Positions 41,780-59,195 of a stretch of 64,000 nt of DNA are shown here, one piece after another (the stretch's first letter is position 1; every line of letters starts with the position of its first letter). The translations under genes were made by a program, and so were the position numbers. The notes beneath the pieces are model-generated. The model saw nothing but the letters and a program-made list of their open reading frames with translations. It did not search any database and was not told where the DNA came from. Source of the stretch: the human T2T-CHM13v2.0 reference genome, Homo sapiens; the NCBI RefSeq assembly GCF_009914755.1, contig NC_060925.1, one strand, 5' to 3'.

Positions 41780-42550
41780 TAGAGCTAGCTTAGCAATAAT
41801 CTATCCATGACCTACTTATCACCAATAATATCTGAAGATAAATAATTACATTTTGATTATCTAGAATACTTGGAATATAAAATACTCTGGCATAATTGAG
41901 TTTTTAAATATAGAATTATAATATAAATTGCATTTCTTCTATTTCTTGTATTTGAAAATAAATAAAATAATACTTTCCTGGCTAGTCATCTTAGCATACT
42001 AAGTAAAATATAATCTTTAGGAAAGATTCAATGTTCAGTTCATTCATTCATTCTACAAATATGTATTGAGGATCTACTTGTGTGAGGTTGTGTTCTAGGA
42101 AGGAGACATTTGAGCAAAAATTTTAAGGGAGTGAGTGAGTGTGATATGCAGAAATCTGGGGTTAATCCTTTGGATTCCTTTAAACTGAGACATATTCTGA
42201 TCTCATCCACCTAAACTAGAGTCTGCCCTAAGAATAGCAAAATGATCCCAAAATGTAATGAGTAAGGGCAAACCAGAATGAACTGGTGAAAATTTTGAAT
42301 TGCAGAATAATTTGATAAAAGGAAAATGTGGGGCTCTGAGTTAGCTTGCTTGGCTTCACATCCTGGTTCTGCCACTTGATACCTTTGTATCTATCATTGG
42401 ACAAATTTTTCCACTTCTCAATGTCTCAATTTCTTCATCAGTAAAATGGGGCTCTTGTTACCTCATGTAACCTGTGAGGAGGAAATTAATTAATGTGTGT
42501 AAAGAATTCGGAACTGTGCCTGGTCCAAGAAAATAACTCAATAGTTAATA

Positions 42551-42774
42551 CAGGTCGAGTATTTCTTATCTGAAATGCTTAGGAATTGGAAATTTTTCCA
42601 ATTTTTGAATATTTGCATTACATATACTTACCATTTGAGCATCCCAAATTTGAAAATTTGAAATCTGAAATACTCCAGTGAGCATTTCCTTTGCACATCA
42701 TGTCGGTCCTCAAAAAGTTTTGAATTCTGGGGTATTTAGGATTTCAGATTTTCAGATTTAGGATGCTGAACCTC
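42551..42774. mobile_element. Tigger4 (Zombi/MER46) MITE
   Basis: Termini caggtcgagtatttc...ggatgctgaacctc, flanked by TA. Confidence 0.75.
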
Positions 42775-43675
42775 TAGTTAGTTAACATTATGATTGTTCT
42801 TACTATTAAAGAGTAATGCAAAGTGACACCAAAGTGTTGCCAAATATATCATGGAAAGCCAGTAGATAACACAATTTTGTCTTTTTATTTTTCGAAAACA
42901 TTAATAAAACAAATATGCCCACATTACAAAAGATTTTTAAGATAATGGGAAGGAAAAGAAAATCACTGACAATTATAAAGAAAACCCTTAACTTTACTGT
43001 TACTAGGAAAGAGCTTTCTGCTCTTTTCTCCTGTTTTTCAGTTTAAAATCTTTCAGTGGATCCCACCTTCTCCACAGGTGTAAGCTCTAGTTCTGTTGCA
43101 TATCTAATCCTCACACCTAGACTCTCCCTAACACACCAGGCAATCCTGCTCATACTTATATCTTCATGCTTTTCTGCACTCACATTGCTTGGGTCAATTC
43201 AGATAAAAAAAACATTCATAGAGTTCTAAAGTTACCTTAGAAATGGTCAGTCTCCAGTTCCCCTCTGCCTGGCAACTCATTTTCTCCTCTTCTCTTCCTC
43301 AGTCTGTCCAGCAAGCAGTTGTTCATGTTGTTGTAAGAGTTGGAACAAATGAATCGTCCTCTAGGATACCTTTTCTGATTTATTTTCCTAGGGAGAATTA
43401 ATAGCTTTGGTTTTGGGGGAGCTTCCTTTGCTACACACCCAACAGTACCCTGAGCAGATTTCTGTTAGAACACTAATACTATAAAGCACACACTGCTTAC
43501 TTATCTGTCTTCCCCTATTGGACTGCAAGCTCCCCAAAATCAGGAAACAGGTCTAATTCATCCTTGATTTCCTGGAGCATACCAAAGACAATGCTGACAT
43601 TTGGTAGATATTAAATAAAATGAATGAATGAATGAACCTGAATTTTTACATTATTGCTATTATGGTATGTATATT

Positions 43676-44005
43676 GCCATGTGCTTAGCAACAAGGATAC
43701 ATTCTGAGAAATGAGTTGTTACACATTTCATCGTTGTTTGAAAATCATGGAGCGTACTTACACAAACCAAGATGGTATAGCTTAATACATACGAAGGCTA
43801 TGTTATAGCCTGTTGCTCCTAGGCTACAAACCTATACAACATGTTACTGTACTAAACACTATAGGCCATTGTAACACAATGGTAAATATTTGTGTATCTA
43901 AATATAGAAAAAGTACAGTAAAAATTTGGTATTATTATCTTATGGGACCACCATGATATATGCCGTCTGTTGTTGAGTGAAACATTGTTATGTGGCACGT
44001 GAGTA
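43676..44005 (-). mobile_element. Tigger3a (MER7A) fossil
   Basis: Same terminal sequences as the 13886 element (ggatacattctgagaaatg; tcttatgggaccacc). Confidence 0.8.
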
Positions 44006-44111
44006 TGTAAACTATATAGCCTGTTTCTTTTTCACTTAACATTGTCTCTCAAGTAACTTCCATATGGTTATAATCAATATTTTAATAGCTATTCAGTATT
44101 CCTTTGAAGGT

Positions 44112-44320
44112 CAGTGCTGCGCAGTAGCACTTTCTGCATTGATGGAAATGTCCAATATATCTCACCGTTCAATACAGTACCTACTAGTCATATGTGGCTA
44201 CTGAGCACTTGAAATGTTACCACTGTGACTAGGGAGCTGAATTTTTAATTTTATTTAATTTTAATTATTTTAAATGTAAATAACCACCTGTGACTGTGCC
44301 TACAGTGATGGGCAATACAA
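44112..44320. mobile_element. MER3 (hAT-Charlie)
   Basis: 'actttctgcattgatggaaatg...tatgtggctactgagcacttgaaatgt'. Confidence 0.75.
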
Positions 44321-44765
44321 GTTGAGACCATAATGACTAACTACTTCTTTCTTGATAACAAATTAGATACATTTTCAATTATCACACTGTTATTCAAGGG
44401 AAGTGTACTTGAAATGTTGGTTAAAATATTTTGAATTTTAAATACACTAACCACCATCAACTAAAATTTTTATAATCTTAATTTAAATTCAATGTAAATG
44501 TATATGCTAGGAAGGAACAAGTTACAGAAAGGAACTTGTAACTTGCTTTTTGATCTATCACAGTTTTATACCGTACATTCATGAGCCTAAGTTTAGGTTT
44601 CTTGAGAGTACAGACTATGTCTCATGTTATTTTTTAATCTATTTCCAGATCCATACATAGTAAGCATTTAATACATGCTTATTGAAAGTTGTATATATTG
44701 GTTTGTCGTTTTGCTCTAAAAAAAGTTTACTTCTGAAATTATATGTTGTCTGTGTTTTCCTATAG

Positions 44766-44883
44766 GTTATGCTTTCTAATCCAGTGCTAGAGAATCCAGT
44801 GAATTTGGAAGCAGCCAGAATACTGGTTAAAGATGAATCTCTGTACAGAACAATTCTAAGACTTTTCAACAGGCCATTACAAA
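44766..44883 (+). CDS. UBE2U: UBE2U exon 5 (VMLSNPVLENPVNLEAARILVKDESLYRTILRLFNRPLQ)
   Basis: AG/GT boundaries; E2 C-terminal helices. Confidence 0.95.
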
Positions 44884-44901
44884 GTAAGAAGTATCTACTT
44901 T

Positions 44902-45191
<290 letters not shown>

Positions 45192-45459
45192 AAGAAGTAC
45201 CTACTTTTTGTTATTTGGCAATTATCAATTATACTTTAAACATTTATAGCATAGTGATCTAGGAAATAACTGTTATATAAGGGAATATTTGAAATATTTT
45301 CTGTATCCATTTTCAGTAATGAATGGTATTAAGATCTCTCCTACTGTAACTCTTTGTGAAACCAATCAGTGTGATCCTTTTTTAAAGATCATCAAAGATC
45401 TCAAGCTCCGTATCTTTAAATATTATGGTCATATGCATGGATGGTGCCAAATGAAACTA

Positions 45460-46300
45460 GTCCACCCATCATAAAGGTATGACATCTAATTTTGACTCTT
45501 CAATCTGTAATGGACATTTCCCAGACTTCACCTGCAGTACTCCAGATCTTACTGATTTGTACCACTTTTCTTCTTGATTAGCAAGATGTCAATGTTTTTT
45601 TTCCGGAGAGTTCCCTCCCCAGGAATTCCTTCTAAGAATCCATGTGGAAATAGAGCCTGAAGCTCTTCAGTCTTTCTGCTCCACTGAGCAGTGTTTTCCT
45701 GATACCCTTGGTATCCTGCCAGCAGCCTCGTTATGACTCCTAACTCCATTGCCTCCATTGCCCCTGTGCGCTCTCTCTCTCTTTCTCTCCAGGTAGTAGA
45801 GCACTGCTTCTGGCTTCTTGTGCACAGAAGGGTTTCCCACAGCTGAGAGCTGGGCTCCTACTGACATAGTTATTTCCTTTATATCCTGCCCCACCTTCTT
45901 CTGGTAGCACACAGCAACCTTGCATAGTAGCTGGTATCATTACCTTCCCAATCAACAGGCCTTGATTTCTTATAGTACTTTTTCTCTCAGATTTACGTTG
46001 CTTCTTTTTCTGTTTCCCTTCCAGGACTCCCAGTCCATTAGCTAGGTCTGTATAATTGTGACCAAGTTCAATTGCTCCTCCTCCACAGGGTTTTTGGGTC
46101 TGATACAAATCAAATGGTGTTGATCAAGCATCTTTTCCAGTACCATAGAACTTTATTCTACGACAAAGTTCTTGGGGGAGCTATTTGATCACAAGCTTAA
46201 GGTGAAGCAGTAATAGAAAATTCCCTTCTTCTAAGTATGTGTTATATACTCATTTTACCCTTCTCTGGCTTGGTGGGCTTTCATCTGGAATACCAGTAGG
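45460..46300 (-). pseudogene. Candidate endogenous paramyxovirus-like (Mononegavirales) L-polymerase fragment: MTase C-half plus C-terminal domain
   Basis: Manual minus-strand translation across three frameshifts gives, in order, YLEE..KLVIK*LP / HLICIRPKNPVEEEQLNLV / LMDWESWK / KKVGQDIKEITMSVGAQL / ELGVITRLLAGY / QEEKWYKSV. These are collinear with recalled measles/Sendai L motifs. By-eye alignment only. Confidence 0.6.
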
Positions 46301-46324
46301 CTCCACTTGGAACCTCACATTTCT

Positions 46325-47275
46325 AAAGGCTGAAGAAACTGTATATATTTAGCCAACAGAAGAAAAGATAAAGGGCAGTTGTAAAAGCTGTTTTCAAATA
46401 TTCGAAGGGATTTCCTATGGAAAAAGATTTCTTCTGGGTTGCTTCAGAAAACTAACATAGGACAAACACTGAAGTTACACGTCAGTCATACTTTCCCGGG
46501 CCTGCTGGGTTGTAGCAGAACTGAAGTTCACATACGCAGGCTTGGCCCTGCCTCGTGTCAGTACATACCTTAAATGTATCAGGGACTTTACTCCGTGATC
46601 AGTTGTCTGGAATTAATTTTATTGTCCTAAGTCTAAGCCTGGTACGTGATATGCAGACATGTAAATGTCGCTCATTACCCAAACTTTTCCCCAACATTTG
46701 TTATGTTTGCCTACCCTGAATAGCTAGGTCTTTGCCTCAGTGTATTGACAAGAAGACCAAGCTCTAAGCTCAAACCCAGTGTGGAGGTCTGATGACCTTC
46801 CCATTTCCTGACAGCCTCCCTTCCTTGTGGCCTGGCCCCTTTTCCTTTCTTAGAGGACTCACATACCCCAGACTGCCTGGGAAAGTCCTGGTATAATTAT
46901 TCCCAGTACCTCCTTTCACTTGCAGTGTACCAGTTTGAACAAACGATTATCTAGCCAGTTGGGTGCCCAGCTGATCTTTCCTAAAAGCAAATGACTCTAT
47001 AGTTGTGCCATTCTTAATGGTAAAGTCCATCCAGGTCCCAGTCGGCCAAACATGAGGAAGAATTGTTTGAAATAATTCAAGTTGCTTAAAAGAATGGACA
47101 AGGCCAGGCTGGCAGTTAGTAAACTCTCTATTACTAAAGGTATTCTTTGTATCTAGTGTTTATTTGATAGAGCTAAATGACCATTTTTCAGAGATGTTAT
47201 CAAAGAGCTTCTTTGATAAAAAGCTCTGGCGCCAAGAATTGGATAAGGGGGCCTTTTCAATACCTTCCAACCTAT
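46325..47275 (+). mobile_element. Fragmented L3/CR1 LINE 3' region
   Basis: 'gctgaagaaactg...gctgttttcaaatattcgaaggg' and the 3' end 'ccttttcaataccttccaacc'; interrupted by other sequence. Confidence 0.55.
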
Positions 47276-48959
47276 TGTTCAACTAGTTTATGAAAACTCA
47301 GAGGAGGAAGGTCTGGAGACAATGTATAACAACTGTTTGCCTCATAGATTCTGAGTATTGCTACTTACTTTCTAATTTGTTATGAGCTTTCATAGGTTTC
47401 ATATGAGCAATTATCTGCCCCTTTTTTCAGTTCATCCTTGTGAATGTTGATTTCTATGTAGTTATATTATCAAGTAATATTTATCTTCTGTTTGTCATAG
47501 TTGCTTTGATTTTTTAAAATATAAGTTTTGTGTCATTTTTAAAACCTTTGGTTGAAGAAAAATACAAGAGTATAAAAAGAGTAAAGCTGAGTGATGGTAG
47601 CTAAGCCTGAGGTAATTATTTTTTCTTAGCCAAGTATATTCCTATAGTTTTTGATAAAAAAGGAGGATCATCTAATACATTTCAGATGCTCATCTAAATA
47701 AGCTATAATTGACATTGAGTCATAATACTAGAATAAAGGAGAATATAGAAATATTAGGGAGATTGTAATACTAATTTGTGTGATATACTTTTTAAAAACC
47801 TGATAATTCTACAAATACATCATATTCTGCTTGTGATTAAGAAAATGTTGTGACAGACATTTGATTCTTCTCCAATTCAAGTTCCCAGTTTGTTCACTGG
47901 GTTTAAAAAAATCCTTTTAATAATAGAGCAATTTTAAAGCAAATTGTCTCTACAATTGAAGCAGGTGGTGTCTCATAGGATTCCAGGTTGCCGTTTCTTT
48001 TTAAAGTGAGTATACTTCTTTGGTTAGGTGTAAGTATACCCCTTCCCCTGAGAAATATACTTTGTGGGTGTCGGGGGAACACAAAATTTAGTCCAGTAGC
48101 ATTGCTTACTTGTTCAAGAACATGAGCTTTTTTAGCACCATCATTCAGAACCAGTTTTGTTGTTGATGATTACAGTTTTGTTACAGATATTCTGTTACTT
48201 AAAAATGTCATAAGATACTAAAAAACTGAGTTTAACAGCAGGGTAGAGTGTGGATCTATTTGCTCGAGTTACGTACCTCTTTTTTCCTGTTTGTATTTCA
48301 TTATATCAGATAGTCCAGTAACTTTTCGGCAAAGTTTCTAAGTTGCTAGTTTTAACGAGAAATGTTAAATATTTATTTTCTATCAAAGAAATATATGTTG
48401 ATAGTTTTAGAGGACAAATAATAGGAATCAGTTTTTAATGAAATATGTCCTCTATCCCTGAGTGCTGCCTGCCAGAGGCAACAATAGCTTTCAACACATT
48501 TAGCTGTTTCCTCTGGCATTTACCACCACATTTCTAAGTTGATTCTATACTAATATTTCTAGGCTTTTCGGTTTTAGATATTATTTATAGACTTCATCTT
48601 ATAAAATACAAAGATTTTGCTTTTATACTACTATTGCTACCCACATTTCCTCTCCCCCATCCTCCTAATATGATTTGGTTACATTAATATGACTTTATAA
48701 ATACTTGCCACAGATAAACCATAAATGATTATCTTTCTTTTCTTGTACAAAAGGTCTGATTTTACATTCCTTTGTTTTTTATGTGTGTACTATCTTTTCT
48801 TCTTCTAAACTTTCTGACAAAGCTATAAAACAGCTACTAGGTATTCAGTCAGCATCGAGTCTGTTTTGTTTTGGGAGCCCTCTTTCCTGTGGCACTCTAT
48901 CCTTCCTCTCCATTTCTGAATTGGCAGTTCTCTTGCAGGTGTGCTGGGATGGCCTTTTT

Positions 48960-50780
<1,821 letters not shown>

Positions 50781-50809
50781 CAGAATCCTTTCATATTTTT
50801 TCTTTATAG

Positions 50810-50858
50810 TGAAAGATGACAGCCAGGAGTTACCTAAAGACCCACGTAAATGTATCAG
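50810..50858 (+). CDS. UBE2U: UBE2U exon 6 (MKDDSQELPKDPRKCIR)
   Basis: Phase-1 acceptor at 50808-50809, donor GTAAGT; in frame with exon 5. Confidence 0.9.
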
Positions 50859-51074
50859 GTAAGTTTTTCTTTATACAATTTATGTCGATTTATTTACCAA
50901 AAGGACTATTTATTTAAACTCTTTATGTTTTTCATCATAATTAAATGTTTGTTTTTAATTTAGAAACATCTTATAATATCTTTTTAAAATATTGTTTTCA
51001 GAAAGAACATGGAAAATTTTGAATTCTTTCTAGTTGAATTAAAATTAAATGTAACTACATGATCTCGCTTTTTT

Positions 51075-51385
<311 letters not shown>

Positions 51386-51755
51386 TGAAAAGAGAAGAAT
51401 GTATTGTCAACAAAATCAGCACAGATCATTATAGATCACAAAAATTCAAGCAATTTAGGAGAAGATAAGGTCTAGATAAAAATGGTAAGAGTTAGGGCTG
51501 AAGCCATTGTACCTTTTGGGAGACAGTCTGTAAATGTGGCATCAGTTCATCTTGAACACCTGAACAAGGTATAGGCCTAGAAACACACATACGGTTCGGC
51601 GGCATTTAATTTCTTGAGCATTTCCATCAGCTTTATCTTGATAGTCAATCAGATTTAGAAAACAGCCAATTAACTAGTGTTGTAACAGTGTTTACTTTAG
51701 CTCATATTTCCTTGACTAGCTCTGTATAAAAGTTGAGTAAAATTAGATAACTTAT

Positions 51756-52061
51756 GGCCGAGAGCAGTGGCTCACGCCTGTAATCCCAGCACTTTGGGAG
51801 GCCAAGGCGGGTGGATCAGGAGGTCAGAAGATCGAGACCATCCTGGCTAACATGGTGAAACCTGTCTCTACTAAAAAATACAAAAAAATTAGCCGAGCGT
51901 GGTGACAGCCACCTGTAGTCCCAGCTACTCGGGAGGCTGAGGCAGGAGAATGGTGTGAACCCAGGAGGCAGAGCTTGCAGTGAGCCAAGCCGAGATGGTG
52001 CCACTGCACTCCAGCCTGGGCGACAGAGAGAGACTCCATCTCAAAAAAAAAAAAAAAAAAA
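51756..52061 (+). mobile_element. AluY-like
   Basis: GGCC start and poly-A tail. Confidence 0.9.
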
Positions 52062-54392
52062 CACAAAAACTTAAGTGGCTTATCTTCATGAAAAAATGTT
52101 GAAAAATTGCAGAAAGGTAAGCATAATCTAGTTAATGGTACACTAAGTTGGTATTCAATAGAGGGCATTGCCACCCCTTAAATGTGTCAATGTGGTTGAC
52201 CATCCTGGCATAAAATAGGCCTATGATAAATATTCAATGCATAAAGGTGGTTTTATCACCTAAAACATGAATGTCCTTAGATATCAAAAGTTATTACTCT
52301 TTATGGTATAGTTATTTGCAGTTCATAAAGATACAGTGCCCGTGTTTACTAATAAGGCAGTAAGAACAGAGCAGAAGACCTTCTGTGGTCTCAGCTTCAG
52401 CAGGTCCTCTGAGCCAAACCAAGGATAAATGATGCCAGAATCAGGTCTGATTTGTGGTATTCACCTTGTGCCAGCCTGAACTTCCTAGAGAAGCCTTTAG
52501 GTAATACTTATTTGAGGCAATGCAGTCTAGATTTCAATGATACGCTAGACTCATGCTGTGTATCAGGCTGCACTTCGTTGTGTGTCTGTGAATTCTAATG
52601 TTAGCCCCTGGTACAGTTGCTCTGAAACAGAGCTCAGTTATGTCTAGTTCTTAGTTTTTAAATAATGCATTCACAATAAGATCTTGCAGAAATTATTCAA
52701 AGAAAGATGCTGCTGTTAATATTGTGTGTCTAGTGCCATATGCTTAGAACTTTGCATTACTTCATGAGCTGGAAGAACTGGCCTGGCTGTAGAAATGTAT
52801 TCCAAAGATATATCCAGGCAGTTGGACCCCCGGTTTCTAAAAGACATAGCAAAACTTAGGCAAGGTCTATTCAACTGGGTACAGTATAGTTGGGGGAATC
52901 TAGTTGATGTTCAGGAATTGAAGGTGACTTGAACTTGTGCTAGTCATCTGGGATGTTTGCAGTGGTCTATAGGATACCACTTACAGACAGGTTTTCAGCC
53001 CTTGGGAGAACAGCTAGTACTTAGAATGTACTTAGAATGTACTGTAGTCATCCACGTACTTAGAATGAATTCACTGAGCATATGTTGTATACCAGGCATT
53101 GTGCCCCAGTGTGAGGATACACACCTGATTAATATGTCATCCCTAACCTCACGAGATTTATATTCTAGCATTGGAAGCCCTCTTCTTTTTTCCCCATTCC
53201 ATAAATACAAATTATTTGTTTTATTTTGTATTAATTGTTGCACAGTATCAGAAGATGTTCCTCTTCTGAAAGGGAGACAGTGCAAGAAGTAGGCCTGTCG
53301 ATCCATTAGGTCAATGTAGACAGTATTTGCCACCAGAGAATGTAGTTGGAAGACCACAGGGAAGGTATCAAGATCGTGGCTAAGGGAAGAATGCTGAGGG
53401 CAGATTGAATCATATCTAAAATGAGTCATATTTAGCAGAAACTTTCCCCTGTGGTTTTTATTTTTTCTAGGCTTCCTTCAGAGGCCTTCAGTTTTTCACT
53501 AAGTCATCCATCTCTGGGGCCTCTTTTAAGTGGAACTGCCTCTTTTAAATGCAATCAGCATTTTATTGGGCCATGACTGTTTATTGTTGTAGTACATAAA
53601 TATAATATAGTAAGTGCTATGACAGACGTAAGATCAAGATGCTGGGGGAGCACAGAGGGAGAAACATCTTACTCAGGCTTGGCAGGGATTGGGAGACGAA
53701 CATATAAAGACAAGTTTTCATAGGAGGTGATGCCAAAGTGGCTTCTAGAAGCAGAATGGGGATTCACTGATAGACTATGGGGCCAGGGGATCCTAGGCAG
53801 AGGGAACAGCACATTCAACAGGAATGGAGCTACAGCAGGACATCTTTCCAACAGCCTGACACAGGGGAATGCATTTTGACAACCTAAATAAAAAGTTAAA
53901 ATGAATCATGAATGCCAGGGGCAACCAAAATAAGATTATCAGGAGCTGAGATAAAAACTAGAAGAGGAAAGGGAGGGGAGGATTGGTTGCTCGGTAATCA
54001 TGAGAGGAGATGAAAATGAAACATAGATGGTGAACATGCTAAATATACACCTGTATGCGAGTGGCTAAATCATTTAAAGGGGCAGGCACGAGACAAAACT
54101 TGAGGGATACAGACAGAAGAGTGTAACTTTTGCATTTCATATTAAAAATCCTAAGACAAATGCATGCCTTTGACACAGCATTTCCACTTCTAGAAATTTA
54201 TCTTTATAGATATATTTAAACAAATATATAGAGATTCCAAAAATGTTCATCATAGAATTATACATCATGAGAAATTGAAAACAGAATGTCCAACAAAACT
54301 GATTAAGTAAACATTGGTTTAGGCAATAATGTCCAAAAAGCAGCCTTTGGGTATGATTCTGGAGACATAGTTGCTAACATTAAAAGTAAGCG

Positions 54393-54715
<323 letters not shown>

Positions 54716-54885
54716 TCAGTGTTGCAAGATGAAAAAGTTCTAGAGATCTCTTGCACAGCAATGTAACTACACTTAACACTACTGAACTGTACACTTAGAA
54801 ATGGTTAAGATGATAAAGTTATGTGTTTTGCCACAATAAAAAATAAATGAAAAGAGTGCCTTATAAAATACTGTATAGGATGTTA

Positions 54886-54919
<34 letters not shown>
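54886..54919. repeat. (CA)n microsatellite
   Basis: Directly visible. Confidence 0.95.
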
Positions 54920-54921
<2 letters not shown>

Positions 54922-55799
54922 CTGAAAGGCATTTCTAGAATAGCAAGTGAGAGAATCCCAATTCTTCCATTTACTATGTGACTAAGAAAAGTTAATTTCT
55001 CTGTGTCTCAGTTTCTTTATATATTAAATGCTAGTAATAATGGTACTGATTTCATAGAATTACTATGAAGATTAAATGAGTTAAGTACATAGAAAGTAAT
55101 TATAATAACTTTAGTCAAAGATAACTCGAGAACCATTATGAAGTAAACTTGTAAATGGTATTATCTTGAAAAATCAAGATTTGTGAAACTGAAAGGAAAA
55201 ATGAGTAAAAAATTGGGAGAGTAATGTGAAGACCCTAAATTTAGTATTTGTATGCTGTGAGAGAATCAGTAAGAAGGCTGCTGTTGCTAGAACACAGCAA
55301 GGGGGAAAAGAGAAGAGAGGTAGCTGGAGGTAAGAGAAGTAGGCTGGGCCAAATCACTTAGGACTTTATAAACCGTGTAAGGAATTTAGATTAATTTTAT
55401 TATACCAGGTAAGGAAATTGGGACACTGTTGAACAGCTTTTAGGAAAAGGAGAGACAGAATCAGATTTAACTTTTAAAAGGAGTACTTTTAACTGCCATG
55501 AGGGCAATAGTTTGTGAAGGATCTAAGGTGGAAGCAAAGAGAAGAGTTATTAGGTTATTTTGGTTGATCAGGGGCAAGACAATGGTGGTTCGGTCAAGGG
55601 TTTGGGCATAGGTATGGAGGAGGAGAAATGAGTGGATTCAAGGCTTGCGCCGAAGGAGAATTACTGATTCGATGTGAGTTGTGAGAAAAAGTGGGACCAA
55701 GGGTAATTACTAGATTTGGGGTTGAACTGGGTGGGTTCTGCTGTCATTTACTGAGATGGAGAAGATTGAAAGAAGACATCATTGACTCAAATTAAGATG

Positions 55800-58100
<2,301 letters not shown>

Positions 58101-58636
58101 TAGATATTAAGATGTACTAGAAAACGACTATAACTTTGCTCTAATTGGATCTTTTTAGGTCAAATTCGTGTTCCTGAATTAGGCACCATGGTCAGACAGC
58201 CCTGAACCCATCAGGCTCTAATTTAGAGCCAGAGGTGTGGTCAGTCCCATCAGAGTGTATGGTATCTACATAACGGGGGAAGAATGCAAGAGCTGTTGAG
58301 GAGGCAACCACAATGTCCACTGTGACAACCTTCATAAGCAAAATATTTTTACTGGACCCAAACTTTGATGAGTAAGAGTTTGACAGGCACAGAGGAGACA
58401 GGAGTCTCTAGAACAGCTTTCACAGAAGGAGGAGTGTAATACCATGGTGTGCTTGGATTAGTAAGAAATTCTGTGTGATGGAGCCTCTGGATGTGGGGAT
58501 GGATAACAGAAGAAAAGGATGGAAATGGCCAGATGGTGAAGAGCTTCAAGTTCTATTTGAAAGTATTTAGATGTTTTCATATAGAATTACATAACCAAAT
58601 ATGGTTTTCTTTTTCTTTTCTTTCTCTCTCTCTCTC

Positions 58637-59195
58637 TTTTTTTTTTTTTTTTTTTAAGACAGAGTCTTGCTCTGTCGCCCAGGTTGGAGTGCAGTGGTGT
58701 AATCTCAGCTCACTGCAACCTCTGCCTCTGGGTTCAAGCGATTCTCCTGCCTCAGCCTCCTGAGTGGCTGGGATTACAGGCACGTGCCACCTTGCCCAGG
58801 TAATTTTTTTTTTTTTTTTTTTTTGAGTACAGAATCTCGCTCTGTCTCCAGGCTGGATTGTAGTGGCGCGATCTCAGCTCACGGCAACCTCTGACTCCCT
58901 GGTTCAAGCAATTTTCCTGTCTCAGCCTCCTGAGTAGCTGGGATTACAGGCACACGCCATCATGCTCAGCTTATTTTTGTATTTTTAGTAGAGACAGGGT
59001 TTCACCATGTTGGCCAGGATGGTCGCGATCTCCTGACCTCATGATCTGCCCGCCTCAGCTTCCCAAAGTGCTCAGATTGCAGGCGTGAGCCACTGCGCCT
59101 GGCCTAATTTTTGTATTTTTAATAGAGACGGGGTTTCACCATGTTGGCCAGGCTGGTCTCGAACTCCTGACCTCAGGTGATCCTCTCGCCTCAGT
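58637..59195 (-). mobile_element. Nested Alus: an AluSc-like copy (~58805-59104) in the middle A-rich linker of an AluS
   Basis: Right arm, then a full Alu, then the left arm; duplicated 'taattttt'. Confidence 0.88.

Noticed and set aside
44518-44546. 9-bp stem hairpin caagttaca...tgtaacttg
   Set aside because: Short and AT-rich; expected by chance.
45440-45480. YDGWTS peptide resembling a hAT transposase catalytic motif
   Set aside because: An isolated motif between stop codons, with no other transposase features or TIRs.
45780-46090. Resemblance of EEEQLNLVTIIQT / LLC...GQD to filovirus VP30, and of GEGTLRKK to bornavirus L
   Set aside because: Only two or three short isolated matches. 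The paramyxovirus-like L C-terminus explains more motifs in the right order and spacing.
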